From Patescibacteria group bacterium (GTDB lineage: Bacteria; Patescibacteriota; Patescibacteriia; Patescibacteriales; UBA12465): a DNA stretch of 64,000 nt. The notes beneath the pieces were generated by a model. The model was not told where the DNA came from. It searched no databases and was given only the letters and a program-made list of their open reading frames with translations. Below, one piece after another: positions 1 through 8,568 of this stretch (the stretch's first letter is position 1; each line of letters begins with the position of its first letter). A program made the position numbers and the translations under genes. The stretch is from NCBI GenBank assembly GCA_041651095.1, contig JBAZJV010000001.1, forward strand, positions 83,835 to 147,834, written 5' to 3'.

Positions 1-3000
1 TTAAAAAAGAAAAAGACGGGGCGCCCGGCCAACCGATTAGCGGCCTTCCTGCTCGCGCTCAGCTTCATATCCGTTTTAATTTTGCCGCTCAGGCCGGCGC
101 AAGCCCAGTTCGGCGGTTTCGTGACCGATATCGGCAATACCATGGTCAATACGGCGGCCTGGATCTGGGACAAGACCTCGACCGTTATTTGGGAGGCCAT
201 TCAAAAGGCCGGCTCTATCGCTTTCCAGCGAACCCTTTCCTCGGCTTTGAATAAGATCGCTTACGACGCCGCCAACTACATCGGTTCCGGCGGCAAAGGA
301 CAAAAACCGCTGTTTGTGACGCAAAGCTTGGGCGACTATCTGTTGCAGGCCGGCGATGAAGCGGCTGGCACTTTTATTGAGAGCTTCGTCAATAATCTGA
401 ACGCGCCGGATCAGAACATGACTTGCCAGAGGCAATATGATTCTGATGTCGAGACCTGTTCCGACGTATTTTTTGACGACGCGACCAGCTACCGTTATTG
501 CATTACCCAGGCCGATATAGCGGCGACAGAGTGCGCGTCCAAGAACGCCAATTCCAGCAATGTCGGCAACGTCACGCCGTCTTTTAACGTCTGCAGCCCG
601 TCCTCGATAGAAGCGAAGATCAGGATCGGCTTGGGTCTGGTCGACCAGACCCGGCCGCAAGGGCCGAACTGCACGGCTTCCCAGATGATCAAGAGCTGGG
701 GCGATGATATCAACAAGAAGATCAGCGATCTCCGCGACCCTAATTATCTCAATCTCTTCACCAGTATTTTTGATCCGCGTTCCAATGACGTCGGCATCTA
801 TGTGACGGCGCGATCCGATCTTTCCAGCCAGGCTAATTTTAAGAAAGAGGTCACGCAGAGCGACTTCATCACTAATAAAGGTTTTCTGGATGTCCGCGAC
901 ATTTCTGGCGCTATCCAGGGCGTGCCCGGCGAGGCGCAGCGGGAAGCGGACGCCGCCGCCAAGGCTCGCCAAGACGCCTTAGGCAAGACGACCGGCGACA
1001 TTCTGGTCGATTCCGCCAATATTTTCTTGAATCAATTATATATCGCCGCTTTCAATAATTTATTGCAGAACCTGGCCAAGAAATCCGGCGGCAGCAGCAA
1101 CGCCATTTTAACCAATCCGGAAAGCGACCCGGGCGCCAGCCAGGGAACGACCGCCGTGAAACAGCTGACCACTTCGTTATTACAGCCGAAATTCGGTGTT
1201 CGCGCCGATTATGATATTTTGTCCTCCTTGGCGATTTGTCCGGACCCGAAGAATCCCGGACCGGACAACTGCGTAATGGACGACAAGTTCATGCAAGCGA
1301 TTACCGAAAAGAAGACGGTAGCGGAAGCGATCCGCGAAGGATATCTGCACGGCGACTGGCAGATTACGGCCGATAGCACCGGCGACAGCTATAATCGCAG
1401 CTATGCTTTGCGCAATCTCTTAATTTTGCGCAAATACCGGATCTTGCCGGCCGGCTGGGAAGCGGCCGCCCAGCAGCTTATTGCCGACCCGGAACATCCG
1501 AAGAAAGCGACGCTTAACGATCTGGTCTCCTGTTTCGACCGCAATGACCAATATAATTCTTTCAGCGCCGATTTCTTGCCGGATCGCGCCTGGTGCGAAG
1601 GCTTGGTCGACCCGAACTGGGTTCTGAAGGCGCCTTTGAATTATTGCAAGAAAGAAGGAGTCGGCGCCCAGATCATCGATCTGAACGTCATCGGCGGATA
1701 CGGCATGTCTTCCAGCACCTTGAGCATCACCCGGGCGGACGGTTACTGTGCCGACAACCAGACCTGCATCAAGGAGAAGAGCGACGGCAGCTGCGAAGCT
1801 TATGGCTACTGCACAGGCGAAAAACGGACCTGGGCCTTTGATTCCGAGGCCTGCGAGCCGATCAATAATACTTGTCAGTCTTTTTCCGACGCGTCCGGTC
1901 GCCGCTTTTCTTATCTGAAGAATACGCTTGATTATGCCGGCTGCAATTCCAATAACGCCGGTTGTCGGCAATATGCTTTGGTTGGCGCTTTTGCCACTTC
2001 CACTCAGACCGTGGCTTGGAGCGGCGGCGCCGTCCGTTACTTCAATAAGACTCTCGGTGTTTGCTCTAATGCTGAAGAAGGTTGTACGGCCTTACTTCGC
2101 CTCAAGCCGACCTGGGGCGCCAACCTGGTCATGAATTCGAATTTTGGCAACGATCAGATTGGCGACAGCGCCGTCAGCGGCCGACTTAATGATTGGCCGG
2201 TGTACGGCCAGGGGCTGATTGTTGACGGCAGCCAGGAGCCGGGCGGCACGAGCGGCAAAGTCTTGCAACTTTCCGCTTCATCCGGCGTGGCCGGCCTCTA
2301 TTCCGATGCCGGACACTCGCTGCTACCGGCCAATTTCCAGATTATCGCCGGCCAGTCCTATACGGTGAGCGCCGATGTTTATTTGGCGGCTCATGACGCG
2401 TCTGGCGCCGGGGTCAAATTGAATATTGGGAGCGGCGAGAATATGATTTCCGCCGGCACGACGGCGTTAAACCGCTGGCAGCACCTGACCGTGACCATGC
2501 CGGCGGGCAATTCCTATAATGAGCCGGCTTTTAGCCTGACGGCCGGCGCCGGAGCGATTTTCTATGTCCAGAACCTAAAATTCGAGATGAGCGATTGGGA
2601 GACCGCTTATACCACTTACGGCGCGGCTAAATTCTACGAGCGATTATTGCCGCCATATCTGGAGAAAGCCTGTTATGTTAATGCGACGGGTGGGACCAAG
2701 GACTATAATCTGCGTGCGGACGCGCCGGCGATTTGCGGCAACTATGCCCGCAAGTGCAATCGGGAAGAAGTCGGTTGCGAATTATATACCTCGGTCTCCG
2801 ATCGGTTCTCGGTCGGAGCCAAGACTACGAGCGCCGATTATTGTCAGGCCGAATGTCTGGGTTACGATGTTTATGTTGCCAAAGCCAGCTATTTCAATAT
2901 TGCGACAGCGGACAAGCTGATTCCGGCCAAAGCTACGGACTGTCGGGCGTCGGCGGCCGGCTGCAATGAATTCACTAATTTGGACGCCCTGAACCAGGGC

Positions 3001-6000
3001 GGGGAACAGAAGGAGTACTATACGCAGTTGAAGCAATGCATTAAGCCGGACACCAACAGTTGCGCCAATTTTTATTCCTGGGAAGGGACGGCTAGCGGTT
3101 ATCAGCTCAAGGCCTATAGCCTGAAAAAGAGCGGCAATGAGCCGGCCGTCACCGCCCCGGAAGTAACCGGCGATGGAGACGCTTTATGCGACGCCGCCAT
3201 TTACCATCTGCCGGCCAGCGATCCGCGCTATAATCCGGATTGCCGGGAATTCTATAACGCCGCCGGCCAGGTCTCCTATCATCTCAATTCCCGGACCTAT
3301 ACTTGTTCCGACGATTGCCATACTTACCGGATGACGGCGAAGAACGCTGGCAATGTCTGCCTGAATGGCGGCACCTGGGACGCGGTGTCCGGCGCTTGTA
3401 TCTATAAAGCTATTCCGGGAGAAGGGCAGATCTGTCGAGCCGAAGAAAACGGCTGCCGCGAATATAATGGCAATAATGGCAGCAATGTCCGACTTTTAGC
3501 TTCTTATGACTTTGAAAACGGCGCTGGCGGCTGGTTTTCACCGGTCGGCGGCGCCCTGCAGATTACCAATATCGCTAACAATAAGGACGGGCATTCATTA
3601 CTGATACCTGCTCATGTTCCGATCGAGCTGCCGGTCAGCCGCCTGGTGCGTTCCGGTTCGGCCTATACCATTAAATTCCTGGCCCGCTCGGGAGTCGATA
3701 CTGATCTGCGCGTCTATTTCCAGAACCCCAATACCAGTGCCAGCACTGATTTCTCCACCATTACGGTCAAGGGCGGCAACGAATGGCGCATCTATCAGGC
3801 TAATCTGCCCGCCTTGGATCACGCGGTCGGCCAGCCGAACGCCAGCTATCCGAACGGCGAAGTAATGTTCGTGGGCAGCGACAACGGCGATCTTTATCTT
3901 GATAATTTCATTCTATCGGAGATCGTTGACCGCTATTATCTGATCCAGGGCTCCAGCCAAGTGCCCGATGCCTGTTATTATGATAATCAGAACCGGTATC
4001 AAGGCGCTGACTTTAATCTCGGTTGCGCCCAATATACCGATCGCAACAACCTGAAGCATAATCTGCACCGTTTTACCCAACTCTGTTCCGATTCGGCGGT
4101 CGGATGCGAGCAGATGATCGATACCAAGAATTATTCTCCCTATGGTGCCGGTTTCTGGGAGAAGGGAGTCGCCACGTCCAGCTGCGATACCGCCAACAAT
4201 CCGGATTGCGTCAAAGTAGAGGGCGATAGCGCGATCTATGCCGTTTATGACCAGACCAAGCTCTGTACGGCCGCCAACCAGGGCTGCAGCCGTTTAGGCG
4301 AAGGGCAGGGCGGTGCTAATTTTACCGGCTGGTCAGATGTTTTCAAGAACAATAACCCTGATAATTATGATACAGCCCTTTGCAGCCAGGCTAATGTCGG
4401 TTGCGAAGCCTGGCAGAGCGAGGACGACAACACAACCAGCTATTTCAAGAACCCCGGTTCGGCGGTCTGCGCTTATCGGACCAGCACCAATCCCGGCGTT
4501 ATCGGCAAGCGCTGGTTCAAGGTGCCGGTCAAGCGTTGCGATGTTAACGGCAACGGCGCGATAGATATCGCCACGGAAGGGAAAGGGATAATTTGCTCCA
4601 GCGACAGCAATTGCGGCAGCCGCAAATGCCTGATCGATAATAACGACTATGAATGCCCGGTCACCTATACTAAGACCATCGGGTTCGGCGGTGCCGGCGG
4701 TCAGATCCCGACGCCGCTGGGCAATGCCGGCCAATGCACCGCGGCCGCTTCCGGCTGCACGGAATATATCGACCCGGTAACCAAGTTTGCCCAGAATCTG
4801 GTAGAAAATCCCGGCTATGAAACCGTTTTCGGCAATCTGGACGGCTGGGGGGCGGCGGCGAAACAGAAATGGAACGGCGCCGTACCGGGCATCGGCCAGC
4901 AGGCCGTCAAATTAGAACCCTATAAATTATATAGCGCGGTGGCTATTAATGCTTCGGAGGCCAGTCCGGTGAGCCTGAACTTCCTGCATGTCGCTAGTCG
5001 TTTGGGGGATGATAACCTCTTAGCCGCGGCGACCAGCACCTTCGTGCTCGCTAATAGCCAGCCGGTGATTTTCGATGCCTTGAATAATTCGGCCGTTCTC
5101 ATCACCGGCGGCGCCCTCGGCAAGACTATCAGCCTTAAAGAACTGGCGGTTGATTATCAATTAAAGAAGAATATTGACAAGAGCGGCTGCCAGGGACAGA
5201 CCAAATTCGATAACGGCTGCATCCTGTTCAATGAGCGGGCAGTCAACGGCGCCGCTCCGGTCAGCTTGAACAGCGACGCTTATGCCACGCCGGACGGATC
5301 TACGCCGGTGCTCTGCAGCCAGACCGGCTCCTGCACGGCTAACCAGCTTATAAAGGTGCGGCCGGATCGGGTCTGCGCTCGTTGGTTGGACTGCGTCAGC
5401 TATACCAAGGATCCGGACACCCAGAAGAAGACCTGTTATGCTTTCGGCGAATGCGACCGCCTGGACGATAAGGGCGAATGTGCCGATTTCCTCAACCCCA
5501 ACCCCTCTCCTTTCGCCTTGAATCCAAAAACGGACCAGAACGCAAGCGGCTATTCTCTGGCCGGCCATTACGATCTCAGCGACATGGTTCTGGCCGGGCG
5601 CAGCTTGGATCAGGATTTCCGTTATGATTTTGAAAGCGGCCAGACTCGTCCCGACCAATGTTCCGGCGCCCTGACTACCAATTGTGTCATTGATAATCCT
5701 GATTTGGCCGGCAGTTTTGGTACGGATTATCCGGCCCATGGGTTGTCCTATCTGAAAGTCGGCTCCACCGATTATCCTTTAGCGCAGAATATCGTTGCCA
5801 AACCGGCTTCCAGCACGGACGAATACTTCATCAGCTATCTGGTCAATACCAAGGATTCCGGTGGCTCTTTCGCGACTATTACCTTTACCGATCAGAACGG
5901 TTCGGTTATCAAGGCTACTTCCAGCGCGCCGACCGGCTGGCAAAGAAAGGTGCAAAAATTAAATTTCGGTTTGGGCAAGAAGATCATGACAGTCGCTTTA

Positions 6001-7887
6001 TCGTCAACCTCCAATACCGCCCCCGGTCCGGTCTATTTTGACGATATCAGCATCGCGCCGGTCTTGAAAATGTCGGGCGGAGACGATATTGCCGCGCCGG
6101 AATGCCGGTTGTATCCGTCGACGACTAGTCTGACTTGCGAGAACCGGAACCAGAACGTAGTGTCCGACGGCCTGGAAGGCTACTGCTTGCAATATGATCC
6201 GGCTAATCCCAAAGTCTGCTTGCTCTGGTATCCGATGGATAATATCCCCTTGCCGTCCCGTTCGGTCCTGGGCTATGACGGCAATTTCCCCTTGAATTTC
6301 TGTACGGCGGTAAGCGGCAACTTCGCGCTGGTGGAGAAGCGGGTAGGGTATCATTTGAAAGGGTTTCCCTCTAATGAATGGCGTTTATGCGGCGAGAACG
6401 GAGAGACCCATCCATATGATGATGGCACCAATGATGAATGTACTAATTTTGGCCGTGCTTATACTGGTAGTTGCGGTAGTGGCGGCGAATATTATTGTCC
6501 GGCCGATTATGACCTTTTGGTCTCCGTTAAGAAAGGGGACGGCGGCGCTTCCCAGGGCCATTTCAACCTGATGTGCGTGCCTAAGAAGGATAAATTATTG
6601 ATAGTGACAAATTCCCAGGCTACTTCCGAACAATCAGCCAATGGCGGCAACTGGGAAACTTGCCAGATGAATAAGCAAGGCTCTTATCATGTTGAAGGCT
6701 ACGGCGTCCATAACGGCTTCCAGGGCTGCGAAGGCGCGGGCGGCGGTGTTTCCGGCTGTAATTATCCGCAGCCGAGTTTGCGGATATATGATTATAGTAA
6801 AGATTATAGTCAATTTGCCTCTTCAGAGGCGGAAGCTAAATTGGGCGTTATCCCCGGCTTAAACTCAGGCGCGGCCGCCGATGCTAGTTATTTTCATTTC
6901 AATTGTACGAACCTAATCCAGGCCGTGGAGGCTACCGGTGCTAATAATGCCTGGGTGCAGCGCAATAAGGCTGATTCCGGATTTGTCTTAAAGTCGTCGC
7001 TTTTTGTTTCCGATTACGGTCAGGCTCTCGCTAGCCCGCCTTTCGGCGCCGCTAGCATCGGCCGCAATGTCGGTGATGGTGTGCTTCCTTTGCGTGACCG
7101 GGCGCTTCCTTCGGCCGATCCTTATGCCGGGCGACCCTATGGTTGCGTAAACGGCAGCGGTACTGATTCCGCTCAGAATTGCAAGCTGATCGGCGTCTGT
7201 TCGAACGATGCCAATACTTATTGTCTGGCCACTTCCACTGCCAGTCTTTCAACGGCAACCTGTAAAGGCGGCACTTGCCAGGCGCTTTGGAAGCCGGGTA
7301 GCGGTTATTTCAATGACATCGGCTTGGTCAAAAATACGGCCAAGAATATCCTGAAATACATTTTTCTCAGCGCCAAGAACTCCTTGGTCCTAGATAGCGC
7401 CAGCAATCAGGATAAGCCGACATATACTCTGGATCCGGACGCCAACTTTGATTTTAGCAGGACCGGCAGTACGCCCATAACGAAATTATGTAACGACACC
7501 GGCTTGGGGCCGCGAAAAGAGCCCACTTATCAGGATAATGATCCCAGTTTCTGCGCCATTTTACCGAAGTTGACTAATGTCAGGCTATATTTCAACGACA
7601 GTCAGATTGGCTCCGACACTAATCCTTACATCATCGAACAGAAAGGGATTTACCGCTTGGAATTGAACAGCGAAATAGATGATGAGCAGCAGCCGCTCAA
7701 GAGAATCACTATCGACTGGGGCGACGGCTATAGCCAGACCGTGACCAACCAGGACCATCATCCGACCGTGGGCGACCCGCATACTTTCTACCACTATTAC
7801 TATCAGACTGGTCCGAAGGAAATCCGCGTCCGGATCGTCGATAATTGGAGTTTTTACAAATGTAATTATAATTGTCAGCCTGATTAA
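1..7887 (+). CDS. Giant (>2,600 aa) secreted cysteine-rich surface protein; 5' end runs off the window
   Basis: Frame 1 is open from nt 1. Nt 1-105 encode LKKKKTGRPANRLAAFLLALSFISVLILPLRPAQA: a basic n-region, a hydrophobic core and an AQA cleavage-type site. The TTG at 82 used by the ORF track is therefore probably internal. The body holds nine C-x5-G-C-x2-[YFLMW] motifs, four jelly-roll/CBM-like modules and a C-terminal PKD-like segment (ITIDWGDGYSQT...HTFYHYY..GPKEIRVRIVDNW). Confidence 0.85.
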   Translation, partial: LKKKKTGRPANRLAAFLLALSFISVLILPLRPAQAQFGGFVTDIGNTMVNTAAWIWDKTSTVIWEAIQKAGSIAFQRTLSSALNKIAYDAANYIGSGGKGQKPLFVTQSLGDYLLQAGDEAAGTFIESFVNNLNAPDQNMTCQRQYDSDVETCSDVFFDDATSYRYCITQADIAATECASKNANSSNVGNVTPSFNVCSPSSIEAKIRIGLGLVDQTRPQGPNCTASQMIKSWGDDINKKISDLRDPNYLNLFTSIFDPRSNDVGIYVTARSDLSSQANFKKEVTQSDFITNKGFLDVRDISGAIQGVPGEAQREADAAAKARQDALGKTTGDILVDSANIFLNQLYIAAFNNLLQNLAKKSGGSSNAILTNPESDPGASQGTTAVKQLTTSLLQPKFGVRADYDILSSLAICPDPKNPGPDNCVMDDKFMQAITEKKTVAEAIREGYLHGDWQITADSTGDSYNRSYALRNLLILRKYRILPAGWEAAAQQLIADPEHPKKATLNDLVSCFDRNDQYNSFSADFLPDRAWCEGLVDPNWVLKAPLNYCKKEGVGAQIIDLNVIGGYGMSSSTLSITRADGYCADNQTCIKEKSDGSCEAYGYCTGEKRTWAFDSEACEPINNTCQSFSDASGRRFSYLKNTLDYAGCNSNNAGCRQYALVGAFATSTQTVAWSGGAVRYFNKTLGVCSNAEEGCTALLRLKPTWGANLVMNSNFGNDQIGDSAVSGRLNDWPVYGQGLIVDGSQEPGGTSGKVLQLSASSGVAGLYSDAGHSLLPANFQIIAGQSYTVSADVYLAAHDASGAGVKLNIGSGENMISAGTTALNRWQHLTVTMPAGNSYNEPAFSLTAGAGAIFYVQNLKFEMSDWETAYTTYGAAKFYERLLPPYLEKACYVNATGGTKDYNLRADAPAICGNYARKCNREEVGCELYTSVSDRFSVGAKTTSADYCQAECLGYDVYVAKASYFNIATADKLIPAKATDCRASAAGCNEFTNLDALNQGGEQKEYYTQLKQCIKPDTNSCANFYSWEGTASGYQLKAYSLKKSGNEPAVTAPEVTGDGDALCDAAIYHLPASDPRYNPDCREFYNAAGQVSYHLNSRTYTCSDDCHTYRMTAKNAGNVCLNGGTWDAVSGACIYKAIPGEGQICRAEENGCREYNGNNGSNVRLLASYDFENGAGGWFSPVGGALQITNIANNKDGHSLLIPAHVPIELPVSRLVRSGSAYTIKFLARSGVDTDLRVYFQNPNTSASTDFSTITVKGGNEWRIYQANLPALDHAVGQPNASYPNGEVMFVGSDNGDLYLDNFILSEIVDRYYLIQGSSQVPDACYYDNQNRYQGADFNLGCAQYTDRNNLKHNLHRFTQLCSDSAVGCEQMIDTKNYSPYGAGFWEKGVATSSCDTANNPDCVKVEGDSAIYAVYDQTKLCTAANQGCSRLGEGQGGANFTGWSDVFKNNNPDNYDTALCSQANVGCEAWQSEDDNTTSYFKNPGSAVCAYRTSTNPGVIGKRWFKVPVKRCDVNGNGAIDIATEGKGIICSSDSNCGSRKCLIDNNDYECPVTYTKTIGFGGAGGQIPTPLGNAGQCTAAASGCTEYIDPVTKFAQNLVENPGYETVFGNLDGWGAAAKQKWNGAVPGIGQQAVKLEPYKLYSAVAINASEASPVSLNFLHVASRLGDDNLLAAATSTFVLANSQPVIFDALNNSAVLITGGALGKTISLKELAVDYQLKKNIDKSGCQGQTKFDNGCILFNERAVNGAAPVSLNSDAYATPDGSTPVLCSQTGSCTANQLIKVRPDRVCARWLDCVSYTKDPDTQKKTCYAFGECDRLDDKGECADFLNPNPSPFALNPKTDQNASGYSLAGHYDLSDMVLAGRSLDQDFRYDFESGQTRPDQCSGALTTNCVIDNPDLAGSFGTDYPAHGLSYLKVGSTDYPLAQNIVAKPASSTDEYFISYLVNTKDSGGSFATITFTDQNGSVIKATSSAPTGWQRKVQKLNFGLGKKIMTVALSSTSNTAPGPVYFDDISIAPVLKMSGGDDIAAPECRLYPSTTSLTCENRNQNVVSDGLEGYCLQYDPANPKVCLLWYPMDNIPLPSRSVLGYDGNFPLNFCTAVSGNFALVEKRVGYHLKGFPSNEWRLCGENGETHPYDDGTNDECTNFGRAYTGSCGSGGEYYCPADYDLLVSVKKGDGGASQGHFNLMCVPKKDKLLIVTNSQATSEQSANGGNWETCQMNKQGSYHVEGYGVHNGFQGCEGAGGGVSGCNYPQPSLRIYDYSKDYSQFASSEAEAKLGVIPGLNSGAAADASYFHFNCTNLIQAVEATGANNAWVQRNKADSGFVLKSSLFVSDYGQALASPPFGAASIGRNVGDGVLPLRDRALPSADPYAGRPYGCVNGSGTDSAQNCKLIGVCSNDANTYCLATSTASLSTATCKGGTCQALWKPGSGYFNDIGLVKNTAKNILKYIFLSAKNSLVLDSASNQDKPTYTLDPDANFDFSRTGSTPITKLCNDTGLGPRKEPTYQDNDPSFCAILPKLTNVRLYFNDSQIGSDTNPYIIEQKGIYRLELNSEIDDEQQPLKRITIDWGDGYSQTVTNQDHHPTVGDPHTFYHYYYQTGPKEIRVRIVDNWSFYKCNYNCQPD

Positions 7888-7917
7888 CGGTTGATTAGCG
7901 CGGGGACACCTTAAAAT

Positions 7918-8544
7918 ATGAGCGTAGACTACCGGCTCCTCAATCAGAATAACAATGCCGAACGGGCCGCGGATCGGGCCGGTAATTTGCGAGCGGCGCA
8001 GCGCGGCTCAGATTCTGACGCTAGCGGTGATATGGGAGCTAGCGGCGAGGCGGAACAGCCGCGCAGCCTGAGAGAAATGGTTTTGGCCCGGAAACGGGAG
8101 TTGGCGTTGGCAGAGGCTAAAGGAGAGGCAGCCGGCGGTTTAGCCGGCGCCGCTACCGCGCCGGTGCGGCGAGGAACCTCGAAATTGTTGCAGCAGTCTT
8201 GGCTGAACCTGATCGATAGTTTCGGTTTGACCCTGATTTGGATAAACATCCATGTTTTTCTGAAAATGGTCGTTGGTGAAAAATTCTTTTGCAAGCTGGG
8301 TGAGGAATGGGCCTCGCTGGTGCCCGGTGGCGAAGCAGATCCGTTGGCGAAGGAGGCCGCTGCTAAATTTGGTAAGCCTATCGGCACAGTTGAGGCGATA
8401 GCACTGGCTCTTTGCGACCTAATCCTGCTCTTATTGATTCTCGCCATCATCAGTCTAGTTGCCATGATTGTCGGAGTAATGGAGAATCCCCTAAAAGCCA
8501 TAATGGCTTTATTGAAAACTATTACTGGCTCTATGTGGGAGTAA
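7918..8544 (+). CDS. Small membrane protein with a disordered N-terminus and two C-terminal TM helices; possibly a T4SS pilin-like component
   Basis: ORF of 208 aa. Hydrophobic segments are LTLIWINIHVFLKMVV and ALALCDLILLLLILAIISLVAMIVGV. It lies immediately upstream of a VirB6/TrbL-like gene. The functional call rests on context only. Confidence 0.45.
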   Translation: MSVDYRLLNQNNNAERAADRAGNLRAAQRGSDSDASGDMGASGEAEQPRSLREMVLARKRELALAEAKGEAAGGLAGAATAPVRRGTSKLLQQSWLNLIDSFGLTLIWINIHVFLKMVVGEKFFCKLGEEWASLVPGGEADPLAKEAAAKFGKPIGTVEAIALALCDLILLLLILAIISLVAMIVGVMENPLKAIMALLKTITGSMWE

Positions 8545-8568
8545 GGTTTATAATATTAAGACAAGGCC

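Noticed and set aside
76-972. 298-aa minus-strand ORF. Similar long antisense ORFs occur at 13852-14457 (-), 27187-27696 (-), 33043-33699 (-), 38308-38907 (-), 40642-41331 (-) and 54717-55361 (+).
   Set aside because: All lie entirely inside longer, motif-supported genes on the opposite strand. Their products are low-complexity (Arg/Gly/Ala-rich, or Ser/Leu/Phe-rich for the plus-strand ORF at 54717-55361, which lies antisense to AT-rich terL) and carry no recognisable motifs. They are typical shadow ORFs of compositionally biased coding DNA.
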